Below are positions 9,213-18,787 of a stretch of DNA of 64,000 nt, piece after piece. The stretch is from a virus. Its lineage: Duplodnaviria; Caudoviricetes. Location: IMG/VR virus record IMGVR_UViG_3300021185_003947; one strand, written 5' to 3'. Below the pieces are notes generated by a model. That model made no database searches. It saw only the letters and a list, made by a program, of their open reading frames with translations, and was not told the origin of the DNA. Each line of letters starts with the position of its first letter. The first letter of the stretch is position 1. Made by a program: the position numbers and the translations under genes.

Positions 9213-10838
9213 TTAAAGATTTGCCCCATCCCAATTTTGTACCATCCATTCTTGATCTGGTGATTCTATTTGCCATTGATCAGATGTTAATGCTGGATGT
9301 GAAATATTATCTAAACCATCATCTACAAAACCCCAATTTAATACATCGTTTTCAATCTCTTGCATTCGCTGTTGAAACATCAAATCGCGTATGCTAATAT
9401 CAGTTAATTCGCCAAATGCACTAGTGCCAGCAAAATATCCAAACATAATTAAATTCATAACAATGTCATCATGATTACCATCCGATGCTTCGTATGACGA
9501 ACCTCTTGCAGTAAATGTAGAAATTTCTATAATTGTATCTTCATCTACAATTTCAAGTTTATTGTTTTCTAATAAATCTTTAAATGAAGAACATCCAATT
9601 CGTTTTACTTTACGAGTCATAAGAATACCAAGTGCATCCGCTTTAATAGCTGATTCAACAAACATATTTTCATATTCTAATTCATGATATAAGCCATTAC
9701 ATACAACCATACCAGCATCATTTGATTCTATTACAACCATTGCTTGATTATAAGAATTTGCATACTTATATATAATATTAGGGAAGAGGAGAGGAGAGAT
9801 AAGATTATTGCGATATACAGCAACCTGCTTAAACGGCTCCGCGCTAATATCGATTACACTAAAAGTACTATAGTCCTGTCCTCTTCCTTTAGCAACATCA
9901 ACTAACATTACATAATTGTGATCTTTGATTGGTTGATTATAAACTTTTACATCATCCTTTGTAATTTCTAATGGATCATGTCTTCTTAATTCAAGAAGTG
10001 TATTAGCATTAATAAGAGTGTCACCTGTACCAAAGAATGTGTTTCCAAACTCTTGATCAAATTGTACAGGCGAAGTATTAGCTACTGTAGCTTTTTTCCA
10101 CTCTTCGTCCCTTCCTGGAACGTCCCACCAGTCGACTCTAAATGGAATAAATTCGTTTGTTTCTTGTATTGCACCTTCCCATAATTTATGAAAAACATTA
10201 CCTAAACCGTTTGCTGTAGATGTAATAATAACTTTTGTATCTTTACCAGATGATACAACTGGATAAGTTGAGGTATAAAACTCAGAAGCTCTTTCAACAA
10301 ATGCAAACTCGTCAAGGTAAAGCAAATTAACTGACATCCCGCGAATAGATGATCCAGATGTCGCAGCAGCAACAATCCTTGAATTATTACTAAATTCAAT
10401 AGACCCTTTATTAAGAGCTTTACATCCAGGTTGTAAAAAAAATGGTAAGTTTTCTAGCATAAGTGTGACTCTACCAAGCATCTCACGAGCGGTAGCACCC
10501 TTGTTTGCCATAACAGCAATAACTTTTTCGCTATTAAAAAGTGCAAACCAAAGTAGATATGCCACTGATGAAATAGATTTACCAGATTGTCGACAGGCTA
10601 AAACAATATTAAATCTGTTTGTATTAAACTGATTAAACATTTTTTCTTGGTAGGGATATAAATCAAATGGAACTAAACCTTTATCAAGGTGAATTACTTT
10701 ACAATATTTTCTCGCAAAGTATGTAGGATCTTGCATGCATCTAGCATATTCTTTAACTTCGTCATTTGTCCAATTAGTAACAACACCATCACGCTTAACA
10801 CTTGGGTTGCCTAAATAAGAATCATTCTTTTCCATCAT
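9213..10838 (-). CDS. gp17: Terminase large subunit
   Basis: Walker A region CRQSGKS, Walker B LLYLDEFAF, STANG, nuclease DVAKG...DYS, HDDIVM. Confidence 0.99.
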   Translation of the reverse strand: MMEKNDSYLGNPSVKRDGVVTNWTNDEVKEYARCMQDPTYFARKYCKVIHLDKGLVPFDLYPYQEKMFNQFNTNRFNIVLACRQSGKSISSVAYLLWFALFNSEKVIAVMANKGATAREMLGRVTLMLENLPFFLQPGCKALNKGSIEFSNNSRIVAAATSGSSIRGMSVNLLYLDEFAFVERASEFYTSTYPVVSSGKDTKVIITSTANGLGNVFHKLWEGAIQETNEFIPFRVDWWDVPGRDEEWKKATVANTSPVQFDQEFGNTFFGTGDTLINANTLLELRRHDPLEITKDDVKVYNQPIKDHNYVMLVDVAKGRGQDYSTFSVIDISAEPFKQVAVYRNNLISPLLFPNIIYKYANSYNQAMVVIESNDAGMVVCNGLYHELEYENMFVESAIKADALGILMTRKVKRIGCSSFKDLLENNKLEIVDEDTIIEISTFTARGSSYEASDGNHDDIVMNLIMFGYFAGTSAFGELTDISIRDLMFQQRMQEIENDVLNWGFVDDGLDNISHPALTSDQWQIESPDQEWMVQNWDGANL

Positions 10839-11214
10839 CTAATCTATCTGTAATATCAATTACGTTATCATCTTTAACAGGGTTATTCATATCTTGTAAC
10901 ATTCTTTGTAAATCTACTGTAGATCCTACAAATAAATTATTTGTTGTGCCTTCTGGCGCAGTTACTTGAAGTACATCTTTTTGATCATATGCCTTTTTCT
11001 TCTTATGTAAATCCATAAGACGGTCATTTACATCTGAAACATTTTTAATCATACCAGACACAACTTCAAAAGCTCGAGGATGTTCAAGATTCCTAGCTAC
11101 TTCAATCATATCTTCTAGTGCAGCATTACCTTTTTCGATTAAATCGTAATATGTTCTACGAGAATAATCAAAGTCATCTTCTGGTAAATTGTCTGATTTT
11201 TTCCAATCACTCAT
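10822..11214 (-). CDS. gp16: Terminase small subunit
   Basis: HPRAFEV, NNLFVGSTVDLQ; overlaps the gp17 start. Confidence 0.9.
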   Translation of the reverse strand: MSDWKKSDNLPEDDFDYSRRTYYDLIEKGNAALEDMIEVARNLEHPRAFEVVSGMIKNVSDVNDRLMDLHKKKKAYDQKDVLQVTAPEGTTNNLFVGSTVDLQRMLQDMNNPVKDDNVIDITDRLDDGKE

Positions 11215-11454
11215 TTATCTAACTCTTTTTGTTCCGCTTAGCGAAGAAGCAGGTCCTGAAGGACTCGATGTAGAAGCTCTTTGCTCAATATCACGCATTG
11301 CTTTTGCCTGTGGTGATATTGTAACTCTATCAGGCAGTATCTCACGTGTTTTCTTTGTCTTATTTGGATTATGATTAGGACCATGCGGACTCATTAAGGC
11401 GCCTTTCATTGCTCCAACAAATGATTCTGAATTATATTGTTTAAATGATAACAT
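11215..11454 (-). CDS. Small basic hypothetical protein, possibly internal head protein
   Basis: MLSFKQYNSE N-terminus resembles a capsid-targeting sequence. Confidence 0.55.
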   Translation of the reverse strand: MLSFKQYNSESFVGAMKGALMSPHGPNHNPNKTKKTREILPDRVTISPQAKAMRDIEQRASTSSPSGPASSLSGTKRVR

Positions 11455-11475
11455 TATTAATTCCTTTATATTTAT

Positions 11476-12096
11476 TTACGGTGCTGGCCGACCAGTTACA
11501 GCTGCATAAGCATTTTTATAAATATTTCTAACAGCTTGTCTTCGTACCGCTGGCGCTGCAGCTCTTTTTTGAGCTTTTTGCTGAGTTCTCCAATTTTGAG
11601 TTGCTCTTTTTGCAGCATTTTTTATTATTGCTGCGTGTTGCTTAAAATCAGGATGATTATGAGAAATAGTTGTTGCTTTGCCATCAACACCTCTTAAAAC
11701 TTTTTTTCCAGTAGAAGTTGTCATAACTTTACCATGATCTGGATGAACCACTGATGATGGTGGTGTAGGTTTCATTGCTTCTATACCAGCACGACCAACA
11801 CTTTTTGCTACTTTTTTAATTCCTCTTCCAGTTGCATTTATTGCATTTGTGCGAGCTTTATTACCAGTAATAAAATCACCAATTTTTCCTCCAATGTTTC
11901 CGCCGGCGCTTCCACCCGCAAGCCCACCTGCTGCGAATCCAGCCATATTACCAATCCCAGGAGCAATAAAGCCGCCCGCAGTGCCACCAGCAATTGCTCC
12001 ACCTAATCCACCGACAGCCCGACCAATCCCTGTGCCAATAGCTTTACCTAATTTGCCTTCATTAAGTTCTTCTCTTAATTCAAAATATGTTTTCAT
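11476..12096 (-). CDS. Glycine-zipper protein with basic C-terminus, possibly an internal/ejected protein
   Basis: MKTYFELREELNE leader, then a run of GxxxG repeats and a K/R-rich tail. Confidence 0.6.
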   Translation of the reverse strand: MKTYFELREELNEGKLGKAIGTGIGRAVGGLGGAIAGGTAGGFIAPGIGNMAGFAAGGLAGGSAGGNIGGKIGDFITGNKARTNAINATGRGIKKVAKSVGRAGIEAMKPTPPSSVVHPDHGKVMTTSTGKKVLRGVDGKATTISHNHPDFKQHAAIIKNAAKRATQNWRTQQKAQKRAAAPAVRRQAVRNIYKNAYAAVTGRPAP

Positions 12097-12890
12097 TGTG
12101 ATGAATCTCCGTAATATTCTGTAACAGTTGTAAATCCAAAATCACTAAATGGTTGAGCATTTGCTGGGTTAGGCGTAGTAATTTGTTTAACATATAAACC
12201 ATCAGAATCCGATCCGGAAGTTAATAATGTGGTTTTGTCTATATAAACATCGGTTGTAGTTTTCTTAATAATTTTACTTTGACGAATTGGACCATGAAAA
12301 TTAACTCTCATTCCAAAATCAAGAGTATAAATTATAGTTCTTCTTTGTTCCAATGATCCTTCAAAATCATCTTGAAATGATACTGATTGTAATGTAATCG
12401 GAACATCTTCTTTTATATCTTCAAATCCAGAAAATGGTTTAAGAGTTAAAGTGTATTGTGGATTGAAATATGGTAAAATTTGTTCTACAATTTGTAAAGC
12501 ATCATCTTGCAATTTAGCATAAATGTTTAATGAGAAAAATATAGTGTATGGTGCTGGAGAATACATTTTATTTGAATGAGTAGTACTTGTACCATATGCT
12601 TTATTATAATTATTATTCTTTGGAAGAATTCTTTCTGGATCATAAGCTAATGAAGTAATTTCAAAAGACATTCGTGGCAACTTTAAAGCCACTTTAGTAT
12701 TGTCAACTAAAGATGGATTTTCTCTGATTCTTTCTAAATATTTATCTTTTGGTGCATATGCTAAAGGCACTTTTGTTTGGTCTATTATAGAACCATTTTT
12801 TGCAGTCCTTTGAACATAAATATCGTTAAATATTGTGCCAAATGTAGCAACAGCTTTTCTAATTCTTTCGTGATAAAAATATTGAAACAT
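12093..12890 (-). CDS. gp15: Tail sheath stabiliser/completion protein
   Basis: YHERIRKAVATFGTIFNDI, VPLAYAPKDK, LPRMSFEI, QIVEQILPYFNP. Confidence 0.96.
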   Translation of the reverse strand: MFQYFYHERIRKAVATFGTIFNDIYVQRTAKNGSIIDQTKVPLAYAPKDKYLERIRENPSLVDNTKVALKLPRMSFEITSLAYDPERILPKNNNYNKAYGTSTTHSNKMYSPAPYTIFFSLNIYAKLQDDALQIVEQILPYFNPQYTLTLKPFSGFEDIKEDVPITLQSVSFQDDFEGSLEQRRTIIYTLDFGMRVNFHGPIRQSKIIKKTTTDVYIDKTTLLTSGSDSDGLYVKQITTPNPANAQPFSDFGFTTVTEYYGDSSQ

Positions 12891-13942
12891 TATGGATCCT
12901 CTGCATCACCAAATGGGTTACCTTCAGAAAAATCTAAAAAGTCTATAGATGCTGTTGAATTAGCATCAAATATATCGTTTTGCGCTGAAAGGTATCCAGT
13001 GTCTTCATTAATTGAAAGAATAGTTCGTGTTCTCGGATATAGGTATGTATTTGAATCTACATTTCTTCCATAGAACACATTAAATGGGAATACAAACTGA
13101 TCATCAGGTCTATCATTAACAATTGTTTTACCAACCGTAAATCCAATTAATCCAGTTGCACCTGCTCCATTTGAATCAAGAGCACTATCTGCACCAACAT
13201 GTCCGAGTACAAGTGTTCGAGTAGTAGGACTGTATTCAATAACTTCTCCAACAATTTTAGGATGTCTACCAGTAATAGTTCTAAGTGCAGAATCAATCTG
13301 ATAAATATTTTCTCCAACAAAGAAGTCTACACCACCTTCCATTCTATCGCTATCACCAAAGAGAACCCCATTTTGATTACGTGCTGAATCAAGACCAAGC
13401 GTAATATTTGCAGCATCATTTTCAATACTGTCAATTGTTTCTATTCCAGTATCTAGATCTTCTCCACTATATACGAATAGCTCACAACGTAAATTATATG
13501 TTGGAACATTATTTAACTGATAAAACGGTTGCTCATGTTCAACATGCATAATTTCAAACATTGAATTAGAAAGTGGAAGATATAATACATCACCTTCTCT
13601 TGGTCTTTCTGATGAAATTTCATTTGCGTTTTGTTCAACAACATGCCGCCATCTTCTACGTGATACTACAAAATTAGCAGCATCTCTGATTTCAACACCA
13701 AATTTTGTAAAGAGATCTCCTTCTCCATCAAATCCTTGCTGATTCTCAATATACATTTCAATTTTATAAGCAGTTGAAAATTTAGATGGGACATCTTCAC
13801 CCAAAATTTTATCTTCATTAACGATTTCACGCGGCATGTAATAAACATCTTGACCATAGATTTTTAACGATTCTATGATAATATCTTCGTATAAATTTTG
13901 TTCATTTACCGGTTTATCGGCAAAAAAGAGATTCTTTGCCAT
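12890..13942 (-). CDS. gp14: Neck protein
   Basis: ESLKIYGQDVYYMPR, GEGDLFTKFG, EGDVLYLP, EHEQPFYQL; carries a DS-rich C-terminal extension. Confidence 0.95.
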   Translation of the reverse strand: MAKNLFFADKPVNEQNLYEDIIIESLKIYGQDVYYMPREIVNEDKILGEDVPSKFSTAYKIEMYIENQQGFDGEGDLFTKFGVEIRDAANFVVSRRRWRHVVEQNANEISSERPREGDVLYLPLSNSMFEIMHVEHEQPFYQLNNVPTYNLRCELFVYSGEDLDTGIETIDSIENDAANITLGLDSARNQNGVLFGDSDRMEGGVDFFVGENIYQIDSALRTITGRHPKIVGEVIEYSPTTRTLVLGHVGADSALDSNGAGATGLIGFTVGKTIVNDRPDDQFVFPFNVFYGRNVDSNTYLYPRTRTILSINEDTGYLSAQNDIFDANSTASIDFLDFSEGNPFGDAEDP

Positions 13943-13945
13943 AAG

Positions 13946-14710
13946 TTATCCTACAAATAAATCAATTGGTAATTCAAATTCTAGTCTAAGTTTTTCATCT
14001 AATTGTTGTATTTCAATATTTGCATCATCATATATTTGTCTACCATTTAGCATTACTCCACCTGGTAAAGTCATTCCTTCAAATTTCATGAGGTTTGATC
14101 CCCATTGTCTTTTAATTAAAGCAGTAGCATACATCTTTAACCACATATCGTTAAAAATAGATTTAGTTCCTGATGTTGTTGATGGATCTACAAGAGCATA
14201 ACATTCGGCTACAAGATAATCACCTTCTTTAATATCTCTATCTGAAAAGTCACCAAAAATATGTAATCTATTTTGTCTACGCTGATAAGATACCTGGGGA
14301 GTGCCATTTAGCGTCATATTAATAAGATCAAGATATTGTTTCATCTGTACAAAGTAGTCTAAACCACCAGTAAAATTATTTAAATTTACCATGTCGTTAA
14401 GCATCATTTGATACTTAATATCAAACATTCCAGCGCCAGATGATGAACCAACCCTAATAGGAAATAAATGAGTTACGAAAATAATATTATCTGGAACTGG
14501 AATGTATTTGTTCGTAACATCAGTCGCAGTAACTAAATGTTTAAAGTAGGTTTTTACGGTAGCATCAGAATGATATTCTTGGTATACTTCAAGAGCTTCG
14601 TCTATTCTATCATCGATTTGTTCGTCTGCAACATTAATATCAATTACAGGAGCGCCTAGTTTACGTAAACAATATTCCTCTAAATCAGTCCGCGAAGTTA
14701 CTATAGCCAT
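13946..14710 (-). CDS. gp13: Neck protein
   Basis: YCLRKLGAPVIDINV, KRQWGSNLMKF, LPGGVMLNG. Confidence 0.97.
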   Translation of the reverse strand: MAIVTSRTDLEEYCLRKLGAPVIDINVADEQIDDRIDEALEVYQEYHSDATVKTYFKHLVTATDVTNKYIPVPDNIIFVTHLFPIRVGSSSGAGMFDIKYQMMLNDMVNLNNFTGGLDYFVQMKQYLDLINMTLNGTPQVSYQRRQNRLHIFGDFSDRDIKEGDYLVAECYALVDPSTTSGTKSIFNDMWLKMYATALIKRQWGSNLMKFEGMTLPGGVMLNGRQIYDDANIEIQQLDEKLRLEFELPIDLFVG

Positions 14711-14740
14711 ATTGACATCCTATTTAAATAGTCTTTGTAC

Positions 14741-14748
14741 TATTTATA
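14741..14748 (-). promoter_or_regulatory. T4 late promoter TATAAATA
   Basis: Exact consensus upstream of gp13. Confidence 0.85.
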
Positions 14749-14776
14749 TAGTTTTTGCTTTAACTTTTACATTACT

Positions 14777-16168
14777 TTAAAACTGACTAAATCCGCTTGG
14801 TATTGAATAAACATATGTATCACTAGCAGATTGTTTTCCAGCTTCCCAAACACTAGTGTAACTACTTCCAGTACCAGTGGCTAAAATTAATGAATAGCCA
14901 GTTACACCACCAGCAGTAGCATCTACACTAATGCCAGCACCGCCCGCACCTGGATCACCACTGAGTGTACTCCATGTATTATTTTTACCTAACCAGACTT
15001 TTCCAGCATCGGTGTCATATGCAAGTTGTACAACATCACCGATGACAATCGAAGTTAGACCCTGTGCAGTTCCGCCTGGGTATTTATTGCCATTGTAGCC
15101 ATAGTAATAAGCAACATTAGTAGCAGTACCACTATATCCCACAACCGAACTATATTGTTCTGCATAGTATCTTGTTGCAACTCCTATCATAGCCCTGCGA
15201 CCATAGCTAGAAGAAGTTGTTGAAATATATTTGAACTCGATATATCTTTTACCAAGTGGAGCAATATTCGTTCCGCCGTATGGAAGATACAAAGTAGCAG
15301 TTGAACCTCCAGAATTTGTATTGTACCAGGATAGCGTCCCATTTGTAGTTGGTTGAATAGTATTACTACTTTGGCTCTGTTGTGTGTCTACAGTCACATA
15401 AGTAACAAAACTAAGTATTACGTTTGATATTGCTGGTGTTGAAAGAACTCCATCTGAGGCTTTGAACCTAAATGAAAAACTACCTGCATGAGCTTCATCT
15501 GATGACGGTGTTAATGTAATTACACCACTATCTCTAGAACTAGCCGTAATTTGTGGTGGTAGGTTTGATGAATCGTATACTGTTGAGCCACTAAATGCAT
15601 CCCAATCATATGTCACTGGAAATCCACCATCATCTAATGCAACACCAGTTATAGTAGTCGTAGAACCATCTTGTGGCAAAATAATGTCTGCTGAAGGAGT
15701 TGTAGTATATCTGGGACCAAGTTGATTACCGATAGACATTCTTTGCCAAGAAGAATCATCCCACATATATACGGCCTTAGTATCTGTTGCAAATCCCATA
15801 GCCCCAGAAAGATTATTAGAACTGGGAAATGCAGCAAAATTTGCATATGTGGTAACGGCTGCTCCTCCAACATCTTCCTCATCCTGATCTACTCCACCAA
15901 CTACTTTTCTAGTTTTTAATTTTCCACTTGCACTTGCTTGTAATTTAACTTTAGTATTTCCAGTGCCTATTTCAATTGATGGTAGTTCTATTACTCCACC
16001 ACTCCCAGCTGAAATAGAACCAGAATCACCGAGAAATAATGTATTACCACTTAAATGTAAAGATTTCCACTTTTTAGATGATGATCCTAAATCATATGCA
16101 GAATCTGCATCTGGAACTAATGATCCGTGCAGTGTTAAATTAGCTAATGATCTACCTTTAGTTGACAT
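14777..16168 (-). CDS. Fibre/receptor-binding accessory protein with C-terminal SPRY/B30.2-like domain
   Basis: N-terminal YDLGSSSKKWKSLHLSG fibre motif also present in the giant fibre; DDGGFPVTYDW module; GDVVQLAYDTDAGKVWLGKNNTW SPRY-like segment. Confidence 0.6.
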   Translation of the reverse strand: MSTKGRSLANLTLHGSLVPDADSAYDLGSSSKKWKSLHLSGNTLFLGDSGSISAGSGGVIELPSIEIGTGNTKVKLQASASGKLKTRKVVGGVDQDEEDVGGAAVTTYANFAAFPSSNNLSGAMGFATDTKAVYMWDDSSWQRMSIGNQLGPRYTTTPSADIILPQDGSTTTITGVALDDGGFPVTYDWDAFSGSTVYDSSNLPPQITASSRDSGVITLTPSSDEAHAGSFSFRFKASDGVLSTPAISNVILSFVTYVTVDTQQSQSSNTIQPTTNGTLSWYNTNSGGSTATLYLPYGGTNIAPLGKRYIEFKYISTTSSSYGRRAMIGVATRYYAEQYSSVVGYSGTATNVAYYYGYNGNKYPGGTAQGLTSIVIGDVVQLAYDTDAGKVWLGKNNTWSTLSGDPGAGGAGISVDATAGGVTGYSLILATGTGSSYTSVWEAGKQSASDTYVYSIPSGFSQF

Positions 16169-16198
16169 ACTTTAAATCCTATTTTACTTAGTTAACTC

Positions 16199-16206
16199 TA
16201 TTTATA
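16199..16206 (-). promoter_or_regulatory. T4 late promoter TATAAATA
   Basis: Exact consensus overlapping the stop codon of the upstream gene. Confidence 0.75.
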
Positions 16207-18787
16207 CACTTTTAATACTATAACTATTTTTAACACCAAAGCTTTGAACAGAACTTGTTGCAGTAGAAGATAAATCAGATCTTCCAGTAGTAATTAATTC
16301 AGAACCATTACCATTCCAATCAACACCAAATGCTGCTGCTTCAGATGGAGAGGCAAGAGTTAAAATAGCAGAATCTAATACACTACTATTAAGTATATTA
16401 TGATCAATATCTATTTCACGTATTTTATTTTCACTAGAAAAATTTAAAGTGTTATTTCTTAAATTCAGGGCAGATATACCAACAATTCCTAAAGAGTCTT
16501 CTTCCCACATACTATCAAGAGACATACTAGAAACACCAGCATTAGCATTGAAGCTATACTTGTGTATTTCAAATCCAGTACCTGCGCCGATGTAAAATTT
16601 AGATCGATCGCTATCGATTGCTAAACCACTTGCTCCAATAATATACCCACCAGTTCCTACATTTAATGTTTTAATTTTATTCGTATGTTCTCTTACAGCA
16701 GTTGAGGGATCATTTAATGTTGTCATCTTCCACTGATTAATTGTTCCGCTATCGTCATGAACTAATATTTTGTCGTCAACAATATTAACCCCAAAAATAG
16801 AATTTGAAGAATCCATACTTACATTAGAATCAGATTGTATAAGACTAGATACTAAATTAAATTGATTTAATTGAACTGTATGTAAATACTTATCTCCGGA
16901 TATTATCATTTTATTTGAGTCTATAATATTAATAGTATTAAATGTTCCAAGATCTTGTCCAATTTTAGATGCAGGAGAACCTAAAGAATTTAATTCTATT
17001 TTTAAATCCCATCCTCCAGCACTAATTTCTTTACTTAAAGATGTAATAGGCTGAGTTAATTGTGATATATTAAATAAATTAGAATCAGTTGTTATGTTTA
17101 AATTATATTGATAAATTTGATTTAATTTTTTATTTAATACATAAAATTTATTTCCATCTGGATTAAATCTTATAGACTCTGGCCCGTGAGGTCTTCTAGT
17201 TGCGAATCCATCTGACTGTGATAAATCTACTCCAAAACTAGGACTTGGATCTTCTAAGGATAGACTATTCATTTTAGTGCCTATTTCATGCGTCGCAGAA
17301 TCAAATGCAACTGCAGTACTAACATCCCACGGTGATGTTAGAGTATATTGTCTAAATTTTCCATCCACTGCTGCTATAGCTTCACCAGTATACATTTTGG
17401 TTCCATCATAATTAAAACACATAGATTGAGGCAAACCATAATGTTCAAATGTAGATATATATTTACGCCCAGTTGAGACAAAAGTGCTGCCACGTATACG
17501 TGCACCAGCTCGAGCTCTGCTTGCTATTCCAGAAGAACCCAACACCACTCCATCTTCAACGAATGTATGTGTATAAAATCCTGTTTCAAAAGATTTTGTT
17601 ATAGCATTTGAGTCAACTGATAGTGTATGTATTTGCCCAGAATCGTATAAAGTATATCTTTTGATTGTACCAGCATTAACAGATTTAGGCATACCTCTAC
17701 TACCTTCAAAGGTATTGGTCGTTCCACTAGGCTCAAGAGATATAACTGGTGTTTCTAATGTATAATAATACTTTCCATCAGGACTTACGTAAGTATCTTC
17801 AATATTTTTTAACTCAGTGGTGTTAGTTTTAAAATTGTCTTTTCTAATAGCAGTGTGTATATCCCATGGTGTAAGTAACCAATATTCTGCTATTTGATTT
17901 AATGTTTTGTCTAAAATAAATAATCTATAACCAGTATTATTAAATTTAAATGCCGATGGATTTTCAGCATTCCAGCTATCACTCTTTAAATTTAATGTTT
18001 TTTCTTGTGTATAATCAATTTCTCTTAACGAATATGGATTAGCCATAGGATAAGATAATAGCCTATTTTGATTATCATCCAATAAAAAGATAATTGACCC
18101 AGCAGAACTTCCTGTTGCAATTTGCATATCAACGTATTGATCAGTAGTTCTTGACGCATCTTTAATTTCTAAAAATTGTACATCTGGAACTGTAAATGTA
18201 GAAAGCTCTATTGCCTTATCATGATTAAAACCAGAAACACTTGTTTGTTCCCAATTATAAAAATATTGTATTTCAAGTTTATCTATAAAATTACTTCTTA
18301 ATCCTAATGAATCTGCGGTAAATGCACTATCAAAAAGTGGTAAAAAATTAATTTCTTTAAATCTAGGAGCTGAATCTACTCCAGACACATTAATTACACC
18401 ATTAAATACAATTTGATTTGATAATGAAGTATCACCAAGATTTTTTTTCGGAACTAAATCAAAACTTGGAGAAGTTCCACTAATATCTACTATAGCATTA
18501 GCCGGATCACCTATAATAGTATGAGTCCAAGTAATAGTATTTCCGTCGCTGTCAACACCGATCAAATTTATTCCAGATGACATTGATCTTTTTAAAGCAT
18601 CAAAATTTGAATCGTAACCAAAATTTAAACCATTAGGTCCTACACTACTACTTATATGCTGTGGATTAATTATTCCTACTGAAACCCAGCTATTAGATAA
18701 TTCGCTATATTGATAAATTTGTTTTTCTTTTTTAGAAAAAACTATTCCACCATTTTCCTTTACTTTTGATATATCAACTATACTCAT
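16202..18787 (-). CDS. Virion accessory protein with beta-propeller repeats
   Basis: Repeated blade motifs FNNTGYRLFIL, SPDGKYYY, FNYDGTKMY, FNPDGNKFYV, and Y.L..PWD. Confidence 0.55.
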   Translation of the reverse strand: MSIVDISKVKENGGIVFSKKEKQIYQYSELSNSWVSVGIINPQHISSSVGPNGLNFGYDSNFDALKRSMSSGINLIGVDSDGNTITWTHTIIGDPANAIVDISGTSPSFDLVPKKNLGDTSLSNQIVFNGVINVSGVDSAPRFKEINFLPLFDSAFTADSLGLRSNFIDKLEIQYFYNWEQTSVSGFNHDKAIELSTFTVPDVQFLEIKDASRTTDQYVDMQIATGSSAGSIIFLLDDNQNRLLSYPMANPYSLREIDYTQEKTLNLKSDSWNAENPSAFKFNNTGYRLFILDKTLNQIAEYWLLTPWDIHTAIRKDNFKTNTTELKNIEDTYVSPDGKYYYTLETPVISLEPSGTTNTFEGSRGMPKSVNAGTIKRYTLYDSGQIHTLSVDSNAITKSFETGFYTHTFVEDGVVLGSSGIASRARAGARIRGSTFVSTGRKYISTFEHYGLPQSMCFNYDGTKMYTGEAIAAVDGKFRQYTLTSPWDVSTAVAFDSATHEIGTKMNSLSLEDPSPSFGVDLSQSDGFATRRPHGPESIRFNPDGNKFYVLNKKLNQIYQYNLNITTDSNLFNISQLTQPITSLSKEISAGGWDLKIELNSLGSPASKIGQDLGTFNTINIIDSNKMIISGDKYLHTVQLNQFNLVSSLIQSDSNVSMDSSNSIFGVNIVDDKILVHDDSGTINQWKMTTLNDPSTAVREHTNKIKTLNVGTGGYIIGASGLAIDSDRSKFYIGAGTGFEIHKYSFNANAGVSSMSLDSMWEEDSLGIVGISALNLRNNTLNFSSENKIREIDIDHNILNSSVLDSAILTLASPSEAAAFGVDWNGNGSELITTGRSDLSSTATSSVQSFGVKNSYSIKSV

